This document shows, one piece after another, positions 47,415-55,723 of a DNA stretch of 64,000 bases. Within the stretch, counting starts at the first letter, position 1. The number at the start of each line of letters is the position of its first letter. This DNA is from Gammaproteobacteria bacterium (lineage in GTDB: Bacteria > Pseudomonadota > Gammaproteobacteria > Ga0077536): contig JACKNG010000001.1 of NCBI GenBank assembly GCA_024235015.1, positions 450,905-514,904 of the forward strand, given 5' to 3'. A model generated the notes under the pieces. That model saw nothing but the letters and a program-made list of their open reading frames with translations. It did no database searches and had not been told where the DNA came from. The translations under genes were made by a program, and so were the position numbers.

Positions 47415-47801
47415 TCAGGGCTGGTCGCTGGCCTCGTCGGCCGACGCCCGGCGGTCACGCGGCGCGCGCGGGCCACCGGGCGCGAGCAGTTGTTCGATCA
47501 TCGAGCGGTGCAGGTCGACCAGGGCCAGCCAGTTGTGCAGGAACAGCGTGCCGGCCTGGGTCAGTTCGTACATGCGGCGGGCCGGCCCGGACTGGCTGGT
47601 GTCCCACATCGAGCACACCAGGCCCATGTGTTCGAGTTGGCGCAACGCCCGGTACACCGAGCCCTTGTTGTACTCGCCGAGACCGGCCTCGTTGAGCCGC
47701 TGCACGAGTTCGTAGCCGTAGGCCGACCAGCCCTTGAGCATGGCCAGCAGGTGGGCGTTCAGCATGTCGCCGGTCGGGTTGACCGAATGCTCGTCTTTCA
47801 T
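47415..47801 (-). CDS. phaQ: PadR-family repressor, PhaQ-like (PHB-responsive)
   Basis: YGYELVQRL, GSVYRALRQLE, WDTSQSGPARRMYELTQAG closely resemble Bacillus PhaQ as recalled; divergent from a PHA operon. Confidence 0.82.
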   Translation of the reverse strand: MKDEHSVNPTGDMLNAHLLAMLKGWSAYGYELVQRLNEAGLGEYNKGSVYRALRQLEHMGLVCSMWDTSQSGPARRMYELTQAGTLFLHNWLALVDLHRSMIEQLLAPGGPRAPRDRRASADEASDQP

Positions 47802-47846
47802 CGCTCCGTTCCTTTCCGGCGCGTGGCCGGCAAATCGCTGCAGCTA

Positions 47847-47887
47847 CCTATATGCATCTTGCACCTAGGTGTCAAATGTCTTATATT
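47847..47887. promoter_or_regulatory. Overlapping divergent sigma70 promoters with a central palindrome (candidate PhaQ operator)
   Basis: Plus strand TTGCAC (47859-47864)-N17-TATATT (47882-47887). Minus strand TTGACA (47875-47870)-N17-TATAGG (47852-47847). Palindrome TTGCACCTAGGTGtCAA spans both -35 boxes. Confidence 0.8.
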
Positions 47888-47965
47888 TTGCATCGCAGCA
47901 TTTCGACACCCCGTGAATCCGTCGTGCTGCACAGGAAAACCCGTACAACCCAGGAGGTTGCAGAC

Positions 47966-48403
47966 ATGGCCACGACGAAGAAGACCGAGACGACGGTCGA
48001 AATCCCCGCCCAGTTCACCGAATCCGCCAATGCCTACGCCGAGCGCATGCTCAGCGCCCACGAGCGCCTGGCTAACGCCATGGCGACCGCCCGCGCGCGC
48101 AACGCCCGCGTCGCCGACAAGTTCTTCGAGGCCCTGGTCGCCGGCCAGCGTGACGCCCTCGAGCTCAGCCGCGCCATGATCGCGGAGCCGACTGCCTATG
48201 CCAAGAACATGGAAGCCGTCGTGCACTCCATGACCACCGCGCAGGAGCGTGCGCTCGAAGTCGCCAAGACCGTCTATCGCGAACAGTCGGAAGCCACCGG
48301 CGAGATGCGCGAAGCGGCCGGCAAGGCCTTCGAATCGGCCAAGACCTGGATGCCCTCCTTCGACAAGATGAAGGACCTGTGGAGCCCGGTCGCCGCCAAG
48401 TAA
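47966..48403 (+). CDS. Phasin-like alanine-rich helical protein
   Basis: 145 aa, Ala/Glu-rich and predicted all-helical; CAGGAGG RBS; first gene of the PHA operon. Confidence 0.65.
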   Translation: MATTKKTETTVEIPAQFTESANAYAERMLSAHERLANAMATARARNARVADKFFEALVAGQRDALELSRAMIAEPTAYAKNMEAVVHSMTTAQERALEVAKTVYREQSEATGEMREAAGKAFESAKTWMPSFDKMKDLWSPVAAK

Positions 48404-48441
48404 GGTCCCGACCTGCACCTTCACCTGCTCGAGGGACGTCG

Positions 48442-49257
48442 ATGATCCATACCGAAAACGAGCCCATCGATACCGACGAAGACGTCAGTCATCTCGGCTT
48501 TCTCGGCTATGACGACGCCATCGAGCACGTCCTCACGCCCCTGTGGCGCGAGGCCGTATGGGGCTTCGAGTGGGCCCAGCTGCGCCTGAGCCCGGTGTTC
48601 TACGGTATCGGCGTGCCGCACGGTCGCGGCGAGCCGGTACTGGTGATCCCGGGTTTCATGGCCGGCGACCTGCTCATGCTGGAAATGCATCGCTGGCTCA
48701 AGCGCATCGGCTACCGCTCGTCGCTGTCGCGTATTCCGTGGAACAACGACTGCCCGGATCTCACCGGGCGCAAGCTGCTCCACCGCGTACGGCGGCTCTA
48801 CGAGCGCACCGGCAAGCGGGTCAACCTGGTCGGCCACAGCCTCGGCGGCATGCTCGCCAGGAGCATCGTCCAGGAGGTCCCCGAGTACGTCGACCGCGTG
48901 GTCACGCTCGGTTCGCCGTTCCGCTCGCTGGTCAAGGCCCATCCGGCCGTGGTCGGCATCTGGGACAAGCTCAAGCTGGCCCAGGGCGGGCTCATCGGCC
49001 GCAATCTGCATGCGTCCTGCGGCACCGGGCACTGCACCTGCACCTTCGTTCGCAACATGAGCCTGCCGAAGGCGGTCGACGTGCCGCAGTACGCGATCTA
49101 CTCGCGCAACGACGGCGTCGCCGACTGGTCGAGTTGCATCGAGGACGATCCGAGCATGAACCGCGAGGTGTCCTGCACCCATATCGGCATGGCGGTCCAT
49201 GCCGGCGTGTACCGCGAACTGGCGGGCTGCCTGGCGGCCGGCCGCACCGGCGCCTGA
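48442..49257 (+). CDS. Alpha/beta esterase/lipase (GHSLGG)
   Basis: VLVIPGF, LVGHSLGG, VTLGSP, YSRNDGV, CTHIGM (Ser-Asp-His). Confidence 0.85.
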   Translation: MIHTENEPIDTDEDVSHLGFLGYDDAIEHVLTPLWREAVWGFEWAQLRLSPVFYGIGVPHGRGEPVLVIPGFMAGDLLMLEMHRWLKRIGYRSSLSRIPWNNDCPDLTGRKLLHRVRRLYERTGKRVNLVGHSLGGMLARSIVQEVPEYVDRVVTLGSPFRSLVKAHPAVVGIWDKLKLAQGGLIGRNLHASCGTGHCTCTFVRNMSLPKAVDVPQYAIYSRNDGVADWSSCIEDDPSMNREVSCTHIGMAVHAGVYRELAGCLAAGRTGA

Positions 49258-49306
49258 CGCCGGCCTGCAAGAAAAACGAACACCGTACTGATCGGAGGGA
49301 ATCACG

Positions 49307-49696
49307 ATGAGCGATGGAGACGGCCTGGACCCGATGCGCCTGTGGCGCGAATGGTTCGTGAAATCCGAGAAAGCCTGGAGCGATGCCCTGACCGACCTGA
49401 TGGGCGACGAACGCTTCTCCAACGGCATGGGACGCTACGTGCACGAAGCGCTGCACACCCATCGCATGTTCAGCGAGGCCATGGCGCAGTACCTGGCGAA
49501 CCTGAACATTCCGTCGCGGGCGGACATCCTCGACATGAGCGACCGCATGGCGCACATCGAGGACACCCTCAACCAGATCCAGGTCGAGCTGCGCGGCCAG
49601 CGCTCGCAGCTGACCAAGCTGGCGGCCAGCGCACCGGGTGCCGAGGAGCGCAAGCGCCCGGCGCGCACGCGCAAACCCGAAACCAATGACAGCTGA
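49307..49696 (+). CDS. Short PHA synthase partner subunit (PhaR class IV / short PhaE-like)
   Basis: DPMRLWREWFVKSEKAWS..DERFSNGMG..YLANLNIPSRADI..IED followed by coiled coil; directly upstream of and overlapping phaC. Confidence 0.78.
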   Translation: MSDGDGLDPMRLWREWFVKSEKAWSDALTDLMGDERFSNGMGRYVHEALHTHRMFSEAMAQYLANLNIPSRADILDMSDRMAHIEDTLNQIQVELRGQRSQLTKLAASAPGAEERKRPARTRKPETNDS

Positions 49697-50843
49697 TGAC
49701 AGCCGCTCGTTCGCGAGCGCGGGACTGATCGAGAACGCCGCCATGGAACCTGTGACCGCCGAACACCCTGCCGCGGGCGACGACGACAACTTCGACGCCC
49801 ACGTCGAACGCGTCGTCCAGCGCGCCATCCTGCGCAACATACCGGGCCTGAACCTGCCCCAGTCGCAGTCCGAGCTCGACGTCGGCCAGACGCCGAAGGA
49901 ACTCGTCTACAGCAACGAGACGGCGCGGCTGTACCACTACACGCCGATGCTCGACGAGATCTACCGCGTGCCGGTGCTGATCGTGATGTCGCCGGTCGCC
50001 AAGGGCTACATCCTCGACCTCGCCCACGGCCAGAGCCTGATCGAATACCTGCTCATGCAGGGCCACGACGTCTACATGCTCGACTGGGCCGCGCCGCACC
50101 GTGAGCAGAGCCGCCTCGGCCTCGACGAGTACGTGCTCGACCTCGTCGGCGGTTGCGTCGAAGCGGTTGCCCACGACAGTGGCGAGGACGACATCACCCT
50201 TATCGGCTACTGCATGGGCGGCATGCTGTCGCTGATGTACACCGCGCTCAACGTCGGCGGCCCGGTCAGGAACCTGGCCTGCTTCACCACCCCGGTGAAT
50301 GGCGACGGCATGGCCTTGTTCAAGAAGTGGATGACCTCGAAGTCGTTCGACATCGATCGCCTGGTCGACCAGATCGGTAACATCCCGGGCGACATGATCA
50401 ACGGTTCGATCCAGGCTCTGCGGCCGCTGCAGCGCTCGGCCAACCAGATGCGTCTGCTCAACAACGTGCAGGACGACGCCTTCGTCAAGGCCCACCTGCG
50501 CTTCGATCGCTGGGCGGTCGACCAGCTGCCCTTGCCGGGCGAGCTCGCACGCAAGATGGCCAAGGATTTCATCATCGACAACAAGCTCATCCGCGGTGGC
50601 CTGGAACTGCGCGGCAAGCCGGTCGACTTTGCTAATATCCGCGTGCCCTTCCTGCACGTCGCCGCGCTCTACGATCACATCGTGCCCGCAGAAGCGTCAC
50701 GTGACCTGATCGATCTCGTCGGCAGCGAAGACAAGAAGGAGATCGTCATGAAGGGTGGGCACGTGAGCCTGGTCGCCGGCGGCAATGCCATCTTCCGCCT
50801 GTGGCCCCAGCTCGATGCCTGGCTGGCCGCACGCGACCAGTAG
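49686..50843 (+). CDS. phaC: PHA synthase catalytic subunit, small class III/IV type
   Basis: VGQTPKE, YILDL..GQSL..YL...G.DVY..DW, lipase-box IGYCMGG (Cys), YDHIVP (Asp), GGHVSL (His); about 385 aa. Alternative start at 49743. Confidence 0.92.
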   Translation: MTADDSRSFASAGLIENAAMEPVTAEHPAAGDDDNFDAHVERVVQRAILRNIPGLNLPQSQSELDVGQTPKELVYSNETARLYHYTPMLDEIYRVPVLIVMSPVAKGYILDLAHGQSLIEYLLMQGHDVYMLDWAAPHREQSRLGLDEYVLDLVGGCVEAVAHDSGEDDITLIGYCMGGMLSLMYTALNVGGPVRNLACFTTPVNGDGMALFKKWMTSKSFDIDRLVDQIGNIPGDMINGSIQALRPLQRSANQMRLLNNVQDDAFVKAHLRFDRWAVDQLPLPGELARKMAKDFIIDNKLIRGGLELRGKPVDFANIRVPFLHVAALYDHIVPAEASRDLIDLVGSEDKKEIVMKGGHVSLVAGGNAIFRLWPQLDAWLAARDQ

Positions 50844-50884
50844 CTGCGCTGCTTCAACAAAATCCGATTCGAAAGGAGCTCCGC

Positions 50885-51481
50885 ATGTCGCGCGAGGCAC
50901 TCGAACAGGCGCTGAAGGCCTACCCCCTGCAGGTCAAGCTCAACGGGCGTGGCTACACCATTCGCCCGATGACACTGGACGACGGCGACGCGCTGCGGGC
51001 CTTCGCTTCCGCGCTGCCGGCCCACGACCGCCTCTACATGCGTCGCGACCTGACCTCCGCCGCTGGCATGGAATCGTGGCTGGACGACATCCGCGAAGGC
51101 GTCATCTACTCGCTGATCGCGTTGGACGACGACGGCGTGGCCGGTTTCTCGACCGTGCATCTGAACAAGCTCGAGTGGACGCGCCATGTCGCCGACATCC
51201 GCGTCGCCACCGCCGAGCGCACCCGGCGCAGTGGGCTCGGCCGGGTGCTGGTGCGCGAAGGCTTCAACCTCGCGCTCGCACTCGACGTCGAGAAGCTGCT
51301 GGCGCGCATGACCCCCGATCAGAACGGCGCCCGGGTGCTGTTCGAGGAACTGGGCTTCACCCCCGAGGCCCTGCTCAAGGATTACGTCAAGGATCGCGAC
51401 GGCCACTACCACGACATGCTGTTGAAGGGCTGCTCGGTACGCGAGTTCCTCGCCCGCCGCGAGGCCTACGGGCGCAGCTGA
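50885..51481 (+). CDS. GNAT family N-acetyltransferase
   Basis: TIRPMTLDD, RRSGLGRVL, LFEELGF..EALLKDYVKDRDG..HD. GGAG RBS. Confidence 0.85.
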   Translation: MSREALEQALKAYPLQVKLNGRGYTIRPMTLDDGDALRAFASALPAHDRLYMRRDLTSAAGMESWLDDIREGVIYSLIALDDDGVAGFSTVHLNKLEWTRHVADIRVATAERTRRSGLGRVLVREGFNLALALDVEKLLARMTPDQNGARVLFEELGFTPEALLKDYVKDRDGHYHDMLLKGCSVREFLARREAYGRS

Positions 51482-51616
51482 CCCGCCCGGCGGCCTGCTC
51501 AGAAATTTTCCGGCCACCGCGGAGGGCGCCGCCGTTGAAGCGCGCGGCGCCCGCCCCCATCTGTGTCCCCGGGCGCCACGGCGCCGGTTTCGAACCACGT
51601 TCTGCGCGGGACACAC

Positions 51617-52570
51617 ATGCAGTACAAAGACTACTACCAGGTCCTCGGCGTCGCGCGCGACGCCGACGGCGACGCCATCAAGCGCGCCTACCGCAAGCTC
51701 GCGCGCAAGTACCACCCGGACGTCAGCGAGGAGGCCGACGCCGAGGAACGCTTCAAAGAGGTCCAGGAAGCCTACGAGGTCCTCAAGGACCCGGAAAAGC
51801 GCGAAGCCTACGACCGCCTTGGCGCCAACTGGCGCGCCGGCGAGGATTTCACCCCGCCGCCCGACTGGGAGCCGGAGTTCTCGTTCCACGGCGGCGGCTT
51901 CCGCAACGCGGCCGACTTCAGCGACTTCTTCGCCTCGATCTTCGGTGGCGCACCCGGCGGCGGCGCCCGCGGCGGGCGCGGTGCTCACGGCGGCGGTTTC
52001 CAGATGCGCGGCGAAGACCGCCAGGTGCGGGTGCAGATCCGCCTCGAGGACGCCTACGCCGGGGCCACGCGCAGCTTTTCCTTCGTCAGCCCCGAGATCG
52101 ATCCGCGCGGCGAGGTCCGCCAGCAGCAGCGCAACATCAACGTGACCATCCCCAAGGGCGTCGTCGAGGGCCAGCGCATCCGTCTCGCCGGCCAGGGCGG
52201 CCCCGGCTTCGGCGGCGGCCCGGCCGGTGACCTGTTCCTCGAGGTCGAGTTCGAAGCGCACGCGATCTACCACGTCGACGGTCGCGACATCCATCTCGAC
52301 CTGCCCCTGGCACCCTGGGAGGCGGCGCTCGGCGCCAAGGTCAAAGTGCCCACCCTGGGTGGCCAGGTCGAGCTGAACATCCCGCCCAACACCCAGGCCG
52401 GGCGTAAGCTGCGTCTCGGCGGTCGCGGCCTGCCGGGCAAGGTGCCCGGCGACCAGTACGTGACCATACGCATCGTCACCCCGCCGGCGCACGACGACAG
52501 TCAGCGCGAGTTCTACCGCCGCATGGCCGAGGTCATGCCCTACGATCCGCGCGCCAACCTCAAGGCCTGA
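51617..52570 (+). CDS. cbpA: Curved DNA-binding DnaJ-class chaperone CbpA
   Basis: [15 protein letters not shown]-domain, G/F region, DnaJ C-terminal domain without zinc finger; followed by cbpM. Confidence 0.92.
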   Translation: MQYKDYYQVLGVARDADGDAIKRAYRKLARKYHPDVSEEADAEERFKEVQEAYEVLKDPEKREAYDRLGANWRAGEDFTPPPDWEPEFSFHGGGFRNAADFSDFFASIFGGAPGGGARGGRGAHGGGFQMRGEDRQVRVQIRLEDAYAGATRSFSFVSPEIDPRGEVRQQQRNINVTIPKGVVEGQRIRLAGQGGPGFGGGPAGDLFLEVEFEAHAIYHVDGRDIHLDLPLAPWEAALGAKVKVPTLGGQVELNIPPNTQAGRKLRLGGRGLPGKVPGDQYVTIRIVTPPAHDDSQREFYRRMAEVMPYDPRANLKA

Positions 52571-52573
52571 GCC

Positions 52574-52894
52574 ATGACCGACGATTTCACTCCCGGCGCC
52601 GGCGAACTGCTCGCCGACGATCGTCACCTCACCCTGGCCGAGTTGGTCGACGCCAGCGGCGTACGCGTCGAGCTGATCGTGGAAATGGTCAGCCACGACA
52701 TCCTGCGGCCGCACGGCCGTGGCGCCCCGGACTGGCGCTTCCCCGCGCCGGCGCTGGCGCGCGTCCGTCGCGTGGTGCGCCTGCGCCAGGATCTCGAACT
52801 GAACTGGCCCGGGGTGTGCCTGGCGCTCGAGCTACTCGACGAACTCCACGATCTGCGCCGCCGCCACCGCGCCCTCCTCCGCCGCCTCGGCTGA
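52574..52894 (+). CDS. cbpM: Chaperone modulator CbpM (MerR-like)
   Basis: RLRQDLELNWPGVCLALELLDE; 3 nt after cbpA. Confidence 0.9.
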   Translation: MTDDFTPGAGELLADDRHLTLAELVDASGVRVELIVEMVSHDILRPHGRGAPDWRFPAPALARVRRVVRLRQDLELNWPGVCLALELLDELHDLRRRHRALLRRLG

Positions 52895-53965
52895 ACGCGC
52901 CCCGGCACCGCCGTCGGCCACGATACGCAGCGATTCGCCGAATCCGAGTACGCGGAACGCGTCCGCCGGCACCCCGGCGGCGTCCAGTGCCCGCGCGAGC
53001 TCGGCATAGGGCTCGTCGATGGTCTCGAAGGTGAGCTGGAAGGTGCCGTGGTGGATGGCGATGCTCTGGCGACAGCCGAGGTCGAGATGCGCCTGCACCG
53101 CGCCCTGCGGATCGAGGTGCACCGGCAGCATGAAGTCGCGCGGGCGATAGGCCGCGATCGGCAACAGGCAGAGGTCGAAACCGCCGAAGCGCGTCCGCGC
53201 GGCGGCGAAATGCGGCCCGTAGCCCGTATCCCCGGCAAAGTACACCCGGCCCTGCGGCGCACGCAGCACGAACCCACCCCACAAGGTCTTCATCTGGTCG
53301 CCGAGCCCGCGCCCCGAGCGGTGGCGCACCTCGACGAAGCTCGCCTCGAGCGGGCCGAGCGCGGCCGTCTGCCACCAATCGAGCACACGGTAGGGCGTGA
53401 TCCCGCGCGCCTCGAACAGGGACTCGTTGCCGAGGCCGGCCAGTACCAACGGCGGCCCGTCGCGGCCGTGGGCGGCCAAGGCCTGCAGGCTGTCGAGGTC
53501 GAGATGGTCGTAGTGATCGTGGCTGACCAGTACGAGGTCGATCGGCGGCAACTCGGCCAGCGCCAGTCCGGGTGCACGAACCCGTGTCGGGCCGAGAAAG
53601 GAGAAGGGACTGGCGCGCTCGCTCCAGATGGGGTCGGTCAGCACATTCACTTCGCCCAGGGACAGCAACACCGTCGAATGGTTGACGAAGGTGACGACGA
53701 TGCCGTCCGCGCCGGGAGCCGGTCGCGGCGGGTAGTCGCCGTTGGCGACCGCTTGCGGCCAGGCCTCGCGCCGGAACGGGAAGGTGGCCAGGAAGCCCAC
53801 GATGTCACCGAGCGACTTGTCGGCCGGCAGGCGGTTGTGGAAGCGTACGCCGTCGAAGTGCGCGCTCGGCGCGCCGTCGTGGCGCGGCTGCAGGGCGCAG
53901 CCGTGCATGACCACGGCGACGGCCAGGCCGGCGGCCAGCAGCTGCCACAGGCGGCGTCTCGTCAT
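52832..53965 (-). CDS. Metallo-beta-lactamase-fold hydrolase (NAPE-PLD/RomA-like), probably exported
   Basis: LTDPIWSERASP, SHDHYDHLD, LWGGF, FAGDTGY, IHHGTF. Confidence 0.88.
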   Translation of the reverse strand: MTRRRLWQLLAAGLAVAVVMHGCALQPRHDGAPSAHFDGVRFHNRLPADKSLGDIVGFLATFPFRREAWPQAVANGDYPPRPAPGADGIVVTFVNHSTVLLSLGEVNVLTDPIWSERASPFSFLGPTRVRAPGLALAELPPIDLVLVSHDHYDHLDLDSLQALAAHGRDGPPLVLAGLGNESLFEARGITPYRVLDWWQTAALGPLEASFVEVRHRSGRGLGDQMKTLWGGFVLRAPQGRVYFAGDTGYGPHFAAARTRFGGFDLCLLPIAAYRPRDFMLPVHLDPQGAVQAHLDLGCRQSIAIHHGTFQLTFETIDEPYAELARALDAAGVPADAFRVLGFGESLRIVADGGAGARSAEAAEEGAVAAAQIVEFVE

Positions 53966-54063
53966 CTTGCGTCGTCCTCCGGGGGGCCGCGGCGGCGCAG
54001 GATGCGCGGCGCCAGCCTGCCGCTATACTAGCCCGCCTTGTCGCAGTTCACGGGGAGGTGAAC

Positions 54064-54807
54064 ATGGCCCGCAAACGCAGCCCGGCGCTCAGCGCGCGCA
54101 GCTACAGCATGCCGGAATTGTCCGAACTCTACGGCGAGCCGCCGTTCCACTACCGCGAGGTGACCCAGCTGCTGGTCGCCTTCGAAACCGACCCCAAGGT
54201 GCTGCGAGCGCTGGTCCCGGCGCCGCTGGTCCCGAACAAGGAAGCGACGATGTTCGTCTCCATCGCCGACTTCCTGTGCTCGGGTTTCGGCCGCTACTAC
54301 GAGATGCACCTGTTCACCCACGCCACCTACAAGCGCCGGCTGGTCAACTTCAGCCTCTACCTGGTGCTCGATAACGACGTCGCCATCTGCGGCGGGCGCG
54401 AAATCTGGGGCTTCCCCAAGAAGCTCGGCCGGCTCGAGATGGACATGACCGACGACGTCGTGCGCGGCACGGTGGAACGCGGCGGCATCCAGCTCGTCGA
54501 CATGGCCGTGCGCATGAAGACCATGGTCGCGCCCGAGGACCTCGGCGGCACCGTCGACTGGGTGGCGCGCAAGTTCATTCCCAGCGTCTCCCTGAAAAGC
54601 CCGCCGGACGTCGACCAGCTCACCCTCACCACGCTGACCAACGTGGTGGTCGACGAGGTCCACGCTGGCCCGGCCACGCTCAGCTTCGGCGCCTCGCCCG
54701 CCGATCGTCTCGCCGACGTGCCCATCGCGCGGGTCACCGGCGGCTGGTTCTTCCAGAGCGAGATGACGCTCGAGGACGGCCAGGTCCTGCACGACTACCT
54801 GGCCTGA
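54064..54807 (+). CDS. Acetoacetate decarboxylase family protein
   Basis: FGRYYE, GGREIWGFPKKL (Schiff-base Lys motif), LHDYL terminus. GGAGG RBS. Confidence 0.9.
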   Translation: MARKRSPALSARSYSMPELSELYGEPPFHYREVTQLLVAFETDPKVLRALVPAPLVPNKEATMFVSIADFLCSGFGRYYEMHLFTHATYKRRLVNFSLYLVLDNDVAICGGREIWGFPKKLGRLEMDMTDDVVRGTVERGGIQLVDMAVRMKTMVAPEDLGGTVDWVARKFIPSVSLKSPPDVDQLTLTTLTNVVVDEVHAGPATLSFGASPADRLADVPIARVTGGWFFQSEMTLEDGQVLHDYLA

Positions 54808-54818
54808 GCCGTTCGGGC

Positions 54819-55658
54819 ATGCGCGAGCGCGAGGCCGACATCGAGCGTCACTACGGCGCCGCCGACATCAGCGCGCGCATCTTGGACGCGCTGGCGCGCG
54901 CCGGGCGCGATCCCGAACGCCTCGAACGGGCCGACCTCGCGCCCTTCGACGAGTTCCACGGCGGCGGCATCGCCTCGACCCGCGACCTCGCGACCTTCGC
55001 CGGCATCACCCCGGGGCTGCGCGTGCTCGACGTCGGCAGCGGCATCGGCGGCCCGGCGCGCACGCTGGCGGCCGAGTTCGGCTGCACCGTGACCGGCGTC
55101 GATCTCACCCGCGAGTTCGTCGCCGCGGCGCAGATGCTGACCGCGCGACTCGGCATGGGCGACGCCTGCCGTTTCGTGCAGGGCAGCGCCACCGCCCTGC
55201 CCTGCGCCGCGGCCAGCTTCGATCTCGCCTGGTCACAGAACATGCTGATGAACGTCGCCGACAAGGCGGCGTTCTTCGCCGAGGTCGCGCGCGTGCTGGT
55301 GCCGGGCGGGCGCTTCGCCTTCGAAGCAGTGCTGGCCGGCGATGGCCGCCCGCTGCACCTGCCGACCTTCTGGGCTTCGCGCCCCGAGTTCAATTTCCTC
55401 GTCACCCTGGACGAACTCCAGGCCCTGCTCGGCGGCGCCGGGCTCGAAGCGGTCGCACTGGAAGACACCACCGCCCAGGTCATCGCTGCCGGCCACAAGC
55501 GGCGCGCCGCGATCGCGGCGCAGGCCGAGGACCCGGCCGCGCTCAGCATCGCCGTCATCGTGCCGCAGGACGTCGGCACCAAGATGCAGAACGCGCTGGC
55601 CAACAACGAACAGGGCCGTACGCGCACCGTGAAAGCGGTCTACCGGCGGCCGGCCTGA
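54819..55658 (+). CDS. Class I SAM-dependent methyltransferase
   Basis: DEFHGGG, VLDVGSGIGGPAR, VTGVDLT, VLVPGGRF. Confidence 0.9.
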   Translation: MREREADIERHYGAADISARILDALARAGRDPERLERADLAPFDEFHGGGIASTRDLATFAGITPGLRVLDVGSGIGGPARTLAAEFGCTVTGVDLTREFVAAAQMLTARLGMGDACRFVQGSATALPCAAASFDLAWSQNMLMNVADKAAFFAEVARVLVPGGRFAFEAVLAGDGRPLHLPTFWASRPEFNFLVTLDELQALLGGAGLEAVALEDTTAQVIAAGHKRRAAIAAQAEDPAALSIAVIVPQDVGTKMQNALANNEQGRTRTVKAVYRRPA

Positions 55659-55723
55659 ATGCAAGGCCCGGCCACGGTCCGGGCACCGACCACCCAACCA
55701 TCGATCAAAGGGGGAGCTTACCC

